A program made the position numbers and the translations under genes. A stretch of DNA of 56,293 bases, counting the filler, from Sphacelaria rigidula (taxonomy: Eukaryota), in assembly GCA_964200075.2 (NCBI GenBank). It is 4 parts of 4 records of this genome, joined end to end, with 100 filler letters (N's around TTAATTAATTAA, not from the genome) between each part and the next. Parts side by side here need not be neighbours in the genome. Positions count along the whole stretch, not along the records: positions 42,297 to 56,293 come from CAXNAA020002527.1; 3 more parts are not named here. The stretch is one strand, 5' to 3'. The notes under the pieces are model-generated. The model saw nothing but the letters and a program-made list of their open reading frames with translations, ran no database searches and was not told the DNA's origin. Of the stretch, positions 50,101 through 56,293 are shown piece by piece; position 1 is the first letter of the stretch; every line of letters starts with the position of its first letter.

Positions 50101-53100
50101 TTGCACTTGTAGTTGACGTTTGACCTGCGGATCAACGTTCTCGTGTGTTACACAATAGATTCCACACGCCATTGCACGGACCTCCTGCTCTAACCGCTTC
50201 AGACCAGGCTGGTGACCGACAGTCACCCTTAATAAAGTGATATTCTTCCAGGTATTTTCCGCCAAGTAAACAGCTTCTCGGGCCAAGTGCTGGCATCGTT
50301 CGATGACAAACCATCTTCGAGAAGGGGTGAAACCCCTAGTAGCAGATGTTAATCCAGATCAGCGCCACGGTGACCATCTCAATAGGGAAGCATACTGCAC
50401 ACGAAAGCACTCAAGACTATCAGCCCATGAAACATTTCATCAGTCACCCCAAGCTAGGATTAAATGCTCTAGACAGTAATGATGAGACGAAGTTGGGGAA
50501 GCTCTGCTGGTTCGTGAACTCCGCTTCGCGTGCACATTTTGAATCGTGCCCCTCCGTTCACTGGGATTGACTCCGCTCGCCAGGGATCATACTTTGAACC
50601 GATGTCATGTTCGGTGCGGAATTCGATAATGGGATAGGTGGTCAACCAAGATGAACTCTCTTCTTCCCCCCCTCAAGTAACCGTAAGCGTTACTGTCAAC
50701 ATAAAGCAGCGAGGCTAACACCGGTTGTTACCTTGCATGTGATGAGGTGATGCAACTGGGTGGGAGCGCCTGGTGGCTGTGTGCAACTGCGGCAAAAAAA
50801 TATACTTCGTATTTTGTTATGGATATTACTACTTACTTTGGTACGCCGTCATAATGCCAGTATCGAATACCATGCCACCCATTCACCACCGAAGTGCACT
50901 TGAATATTTGATTAATGGGCCACCACCCCGATACTCTCCTCCTTACCGCAACTAGTCGTGGTAGTGTGCAATCCTGTTCTCATGTGTTCTTCAGCTCGTG
51001 CCAACCGACGTAACTCATGTTCACGACTCAAACACGACTCTTCCTACGTGGGCCTATTTGCCAGACCAGAATAGAAAAATGGACACAAGACACAAAAATG
51101 AGCGACACCGACAGCTGAACACAACCACAGTATATGAAAAACACGGTAGTATCCAATATGAAAAACGCGAGAAGGAATTGAAGCCCAGGCCAAACTGACT
51201 AAAAATCGAACACACCGACGGCTGTCCGACTTGGTTGACGTGATGTTTGATTTCTCCAGCTTTTTTTGCTTCCCCGTACAGAAATGGAGGGCAACACGTC
51301 ATTTGCGTAGTTGTTAGTTGGTTGGAATGACCAACCACGGGAATCGTGTTTGCACCGTTTTTGTTTGGACGGAAATGAGATGTGATTTGCTCGGGAACGA
51401 TTTGGATGGGGGAGCAAGTCAGTTGCGCGGTGATGGTCTCCATGGTGCGGTGATGTTAGTTCCGACTTGCTTTAGTGATGGCGTACTCTTCATTAAACAC
51501 CGTGGTTGTCCCGCTGTAAATATCACGTGGAAAAATACCCGAAGTGGAACCGACTCTCATGATGGCCGGTAAATGTTTTTCTTCACCTGCCGCGATTTTG
51601 GACGGGAACAAACAAGGAACCGTCATGGCGCGAACTCGAATTTGCGACACATATACAGCCCCCCTTGCGGACGTCGGACATCATCTTTCGTTGAGGAAGC
51701 CAACAACCCCTGACTTCAGATGCCCAGTAGTGCGAGTACTTCGCAGATATCAGAATGATTTTTGATCGATATAAGACAACAACTGAGTTACTTAGTAACC
51801 GAGAGTAATTTCTCGTTGACACTCCCTGAAGACCTCGATGAATATTATTTCGGTTCTTCATGCCGATGGATATTGATAAGGGTAAGTGAGCAGCGTTGAT
51901 CCGGGGGTTGCAAGCCTGGGGTGAAATCCAAGTTAGTGGCGGAACAGCTAGATGGATTACGGACATTACCTCACGTTGAAAAAGCCAATTTCCACTGAGG
52001 TATAAGCCTCCGGGGGTGCAGGCGGCGAGCCCAGCTATGGCTCAATGGACCGCTCCATGTTGTACGCGGTGTAAAAGTCGGAGACAAAAAATGGTAAAGC
52101 ACACCAACTCACTTCGTTCCATTTCATCTCGGGTGTTTCTCCAATTTTTTTCGAGAAAAAATGGGGGGGGAAACGCCAACGTGAAAAATATCCACACACA
52201 ACAGATTACACCGTCAAAAGTGTACTGCGTGGAGTGACGACTTGACGTCTATCGTTTTGGACAACAGGTTCCACGCTGTATACTGTACGCAAAAAGTTCT
52301 TCTTGCATTTCAGAGGGGAGTCTACTTTACCGATTTTGATGAGTTCTTGTGTGGTCTAGGGGCATACGACACCGTACGGGCACAGTGCTCAGAGTGCCCA
52401 CAGTGCTCAGAGTGCATTACCCTACTTTCAAGTTCGAGCGGAGTTCAGACGGTGTACATCGGCGCCCATAGTCACCATAATAAGTTATCAGTTGCTCTCG
52501 GGTTGGGGATCTGTTTGTACGTCCCTCGCCTCCATCCCGCAACGCCCAGCTATCTCCCACTATCTCAGCTGCGTTCATCGTTCATCCCGCATCGACACCT
52601 CATGACTCCAACGGATATATCGCGAGACGTCGTCCCTCGGTCAACTCGACCGTTCAATTCTTCGTGTTCCCCATGAAATGGTATCAGGAGGGCTCCAGAA
52701 AAGTATTACGGGCACGAGAGACAGGACGATTCCGTTCAGTCACATTGCTGTGCGAGTACATATGTACCATACGTACGGGCAGGTGAAAGTTTTCACGTTG
52801 ATGCCTGCACAATTCTACTTTTTATATCATGAGCTGATTTGGTACAAAAGTGATTTGAGTGAGGGATCATGCATCGCCTATTCGACGGCGAGCGAGGGAC
52901 CCAGCCACGGTCACGAGATGGACGATCTCTGGGCGGGACGAAAATATTCGCCGAAATGTGCGGACAGAAAATAAAGAAAACCAGACAAAGCAGACTGAAT
53001 TAGTGATGATGAAAATCTACATGTGAACACATCAGTGTGATCCTACCGTAACACCAGCGGGGTATGGTCAAGAATGCAGGGACTGAGGGAAGGAACGACT

Positions 53101-53295
53101 CCATAGACGAGAAGACGACCGACTCGATCTTCACAAACTCTAAATACAAATGGAACAGCCAGGCTTGTTTTCACGACTGGTTAGTGAAATAAGCACCTGT
53201 TCTGCACCGCCGCGCAGGGCCTTAGCGCCGTCGTTCAAGTCTTGTCTGGCAGCTATCACGGGCAATATCGTCAGCAGAAGAGCCAGACGAGACAT
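44142..53295 (-). CDS. Secreted WSC-domain protein with three 10-Cys modules and a Pro/Glu/Thr-rich linker (597 aa)
   Basis: Ten GT-AG exons: 53295-53197, 50124-49911, 48613-48410, 48098-47691, 47371-47180, 46773-46559, 46274-46218, 45330-45112, 44944-44888, 44270-44142 (1794 nt, in frame to TAA). Signal-like [19 protein letters not shown] signature YVGC(F/Y)AD..R...MT.E.C...C....FGTQ(F/Y)G.ECWC..C..PC.GD..QICGG..MS.Y occurs twice. Confidence 0.92.
47745..48040 (-). repeat. Coding minisatellite (30-nt [10 protein letters not shown] and 12-nt PTPE units)
   Basis: GGCATGGGCTCCGC.GT.GGCTCGGGCTCG-type units repeated with a 30-nt period within exon 4 of the WSC gene. Confidence 0.9.
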
Positions 53296-56225
53296 GATGG
53301 CGCTAAATGAAATTCGGTCTGCAGCTCGTGTTCGCCGTACGACGAAAGCGGCGATCGAACAGGGCGGGAAAATTGCGAACGAAGAACACATTGGGGGGGG
53401 AGGAACGGTGATTTTCACTACCCGAGAATGCGAGGGAGGGGGCATGCCATCTGTCCAGGTGACTGAAAAAATGACCGTACGAGAATTATATCAAGCCGAA
53501 CGTGCGCACTGTCATCATTGGAATGGCGGGACGTACAGCGTAGCATGTGCAAGAGAGATGACATCCTAGCCGTCACCGCACCGTAATCGATTGCGATGCT
53601 CCTCTTGTGCACTGGACCGGTTGTGCCGATCCGTGCAATCCACAAATCCAAGAACATATATATGGTGAATTTAGGTTGTTACATATCACTCCCCTCTCGG
53701 AGAGCAAAGACAGTTGGACCATTGCACATCGCTGCAAAGATTCAATCGCGGCTCTCGACCACTTCGAGACCAACAACGACAGAATAGCATCAACCACAGT
53801 GACAGGACATGCGCTCAAACTGATGTCCCACACAACTCCCACAGACATCCCATAATCTCGGGAGAAGCAGTCAGTGCGGTGCAGTGACAACGACTAAGCT
53901 GACTGTCAGCCGAGGCTGGGGGCGCATCACAGGATAAGCCAGTACGATTGTTCCTTGAACACTCTGGGACAGTACTGGCTAAACCTACTCAGTTTCCAAT
54001 GACGAGGAGTGGAGCACCTGGACAGAGTTGAGTTTCAATCTAGTACGTGCTGTTGATTCGTCCTGTGTTTGTGGTTTTGTCTCAAGGCACTACACCAGTT
54101 CATCCGCGTCTTGTTCACAGCTTACATTCCTGTCGCCCAGCAGCCGCTACGCTAGATCAGTCAAGTACCAGGCGTCTCCGTGGGGATGGGGCTTGTGAGA
54201 GTTGTGGTACTGAGGGCGCCTTGCCAGTGAACATTCAAACCAAAATTGCTGTGTAGTGATCACCCGTATGTTTGTTTTTTTTCTCTTGCGGGGCAAGAAA
54301 AATGCGGTCACATGAACCAAGGACTTCAACGAATGGGCCCAAGAGTCGAAATTTCGAAGTAGAACGTCTGAACGCTGTTTTACCCCGGCTCATAAATCAT
54401 TCCAACGAGTCTTTTCTATCAAGCAAATTACAGCGAAACCCTCTTTACTGGTATCCGGACGGTACGGTCAGAACACGTGATTCGAGCATGCCCTTCTACT
54501 GCGCCGTTCTCCTGCGTTTTACTTCCAAGTTCCGCGTAATATTTCATTTGGCGGTATCGGCGGTAGATGGTGTGTCCCCCTTTCGATGTCCTCGATTTTT
54601 TATTTACGACGCCGTTACAGTCATGCATACGGTAGTATGTAAGTGATCTTAACCCTTAGACCGCGAGACTTGTCTTTCTGGATCATGCATACTTTTTTTC
54701 AATTGAAATTGATGCCGATGCATCACCCTGGTGATGCAGCTGTTGTATATGTCTACCATACCAGGGTGACCGTCTGCACAGACTGCCTGCGCGCAGGTGA
54801 ACAAAGATTATGACTGTACAGTCGTAGTTGCTCTCACCGGTCTCCTCCTCTCTGTTCTTGACATTACTCGTTACAGTATAAGAGCCCTCCTCTCAGTTGA
54901 AGGCAGGTAGTAGCGGACTTCGGACTCGCGATCACATTATTCGCAGTTATAAACTCTATGCACTGTATTGCTGCTGTAGGTGCAGATGCTCGCAGCTAGA
55001 TGATGCAATGTGTATACCTGCTTCAGGTGGCCTGCAACGCATGCCACACAATCTTCTTGTAAGGAACGCCACGGTAGGGGTGCACTCTTTTGTTCCAAAC
55101 ACAGGTGTCCGATCTTCGCGGGGACTTCTTTTGTTGATGGTCCTGCCGTCACCTGAGTTCTTCCGTGGGTAAGTTAGAACGGGCAAAATATGGTCGTGGT
55201 TCAAACTGTGCTGGCTTTTTGTTGTCAGGTGGGTCGGAGTTTCCAGTTGCGGTCACATTCATCCACACTATGAGCAATCCCCCAGATGTCCTCGATCCTT
55301 TTTCGTTGCCCTCCACTCCTATGCTGCGTACGGCGCGTATGACCATACACTCGTAGGTGCTGATTTCTGCATGCCGCTGCATAGACTCGTAGGCATGGCC
55401 TGATTGATTATCATGTACCAGGTACAAAGCCCGTGCCCCCGCGGGTAGACTGGGCAGTGAAATCGGATCCAGACAAAGATCCGTGCTTGCCTGTTGCCTG
55501 TCGCATTTATATAGTATCGCATGAAGGGGAGAGCGTGAGTTATGACGGTGTGAGCGCCTGTAGATGAACGTCATGCTTACGCAAGAGTCGTGCATATGCA
55601 AGAGTCATGAAAATAGTACACAAGACGTTCCGGGAAGTTCATGATTCATCAACTATATTTTTATAACCCTCAAGCTAACCCAAACGCGAACCCAAGGCAT
55701 GAACGATTATCCTCGGAGAAAGGGGGTAGCAAAGGTTTGTACAGGTGAAATTTGCGTTGGCAGACCTCAAATCGGCGCCTATTTGAACAAGGAGACGTTC
55801 TGGGCAAGGTAAGAGCACTTGCGGCTGTTCTCCCCTTTGAAGCTCCGAATATCAGCCTCCAGTAGACAGTCGGTCCAATCAGTTGCCGGTCGACCCGGTG
55901 GCTCATTTGGTAGTCTCGAAACCTGATGGGGGTGGAACGTGGGTCCGGATGTCGGTAAGGCCACTCGATCTGAGATTTTTCCTCACATCATGCCCAAAGT
56001 GAACAGCCACTAGCTCGTGTGTGAACACAGAATTCGACTTGGCAGTCGACGATGGAAAAGGCCAGTACCGCAGAAGGTAGGTGAAGTGCTAATCGAATAA
56101 TAATGAAAAAAAAACTTCTGTGTTGACCTTCCTCCTCCTCCTGCATGACCCTGGCTGCACCCACATGAACCGAGGGTGCAGACTGAAATCCAGAATAATA
56201 GATGCGATCACAGCAAAACAATCAA

Positions 56226-56293
56226 GCACAGGCACCGTAGGTAAGGTAGGTACCCGGTACCGGTATTTGGGACATCTCATACCCTACCGATAC
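56226..56293 (+). mobile_element. Start of an ATACC-rich MITE-like repeat, cut by the contig end
   Basis: Inverse of positions 3-70. Same family as 34815-35159. Confidence 0.8.

Noticed and set aside
54900..56200. Additional minus-strand gene upstream of the WSC gene
   Set aside because: Some splice-like signals exist (about 55153-55323) but give no frame-consistent chain or recognisable product.
1..56293. Whole window as a giant TIR-bounded element (Maverick/Polinton, endogenous virus or giant transposon)
   Set aside because: The two inverted ends lie on different contigs separated by three artificial linkers. They are outward-facing ends of a dispersed MITE-like family with internal copies. 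No polymerase, integrase, capsid or ATPase genes are present.

Overview
Eukaryotic, intron-rich and repeat-rich DNA with brown-algal (Phaeophyceae) hallmarks. The window is not one contiguous locus. Three identical 100-nt linkers (N44-TTAATTAATTAA-N44 at 14001-14100, 28099-28198, 42197-42296) join four pieces of 14000, 13998, 13998 and 13997 bp, consistent with size-sorted unplaced contigs, so the inverted repeat at the two window ends is most likely a coincidence of contigs breaking in the same repeat family. Three spliced genes can be reconstructed by hand with phase-consistent GT-AG introns. (1) A minus-strand gene (7399 to at least 3921) for an ANTH/ENTH-like protein that unexpectedly starts with a signal-peptide-like leader. 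(2) A partial plus-strand gene (28835-32371) built from a duplicated two-exon ~100-aa module that I cannot name. (3) A complete 10-exon minus-strand gene (53295-44142, 597 aa) for a secreted protein with three 10-Cys modules, a Pro/Glu/Thr linker carrying KRRR motifs and two WSC domains. The rest is a dense mosaic of non-autonomous DNA transposons (PIF/Harbinger-, hAT-, piggyBac-, Tc1/mariner- and Ginger-like ends), several nested or almost fully palindromic, plus tandem-unit repeats and a decayed Ty1/copia element. No rRNA, tRNA, CRISPR array or intact transposase was found. Most entries in the ORF track are spurious.
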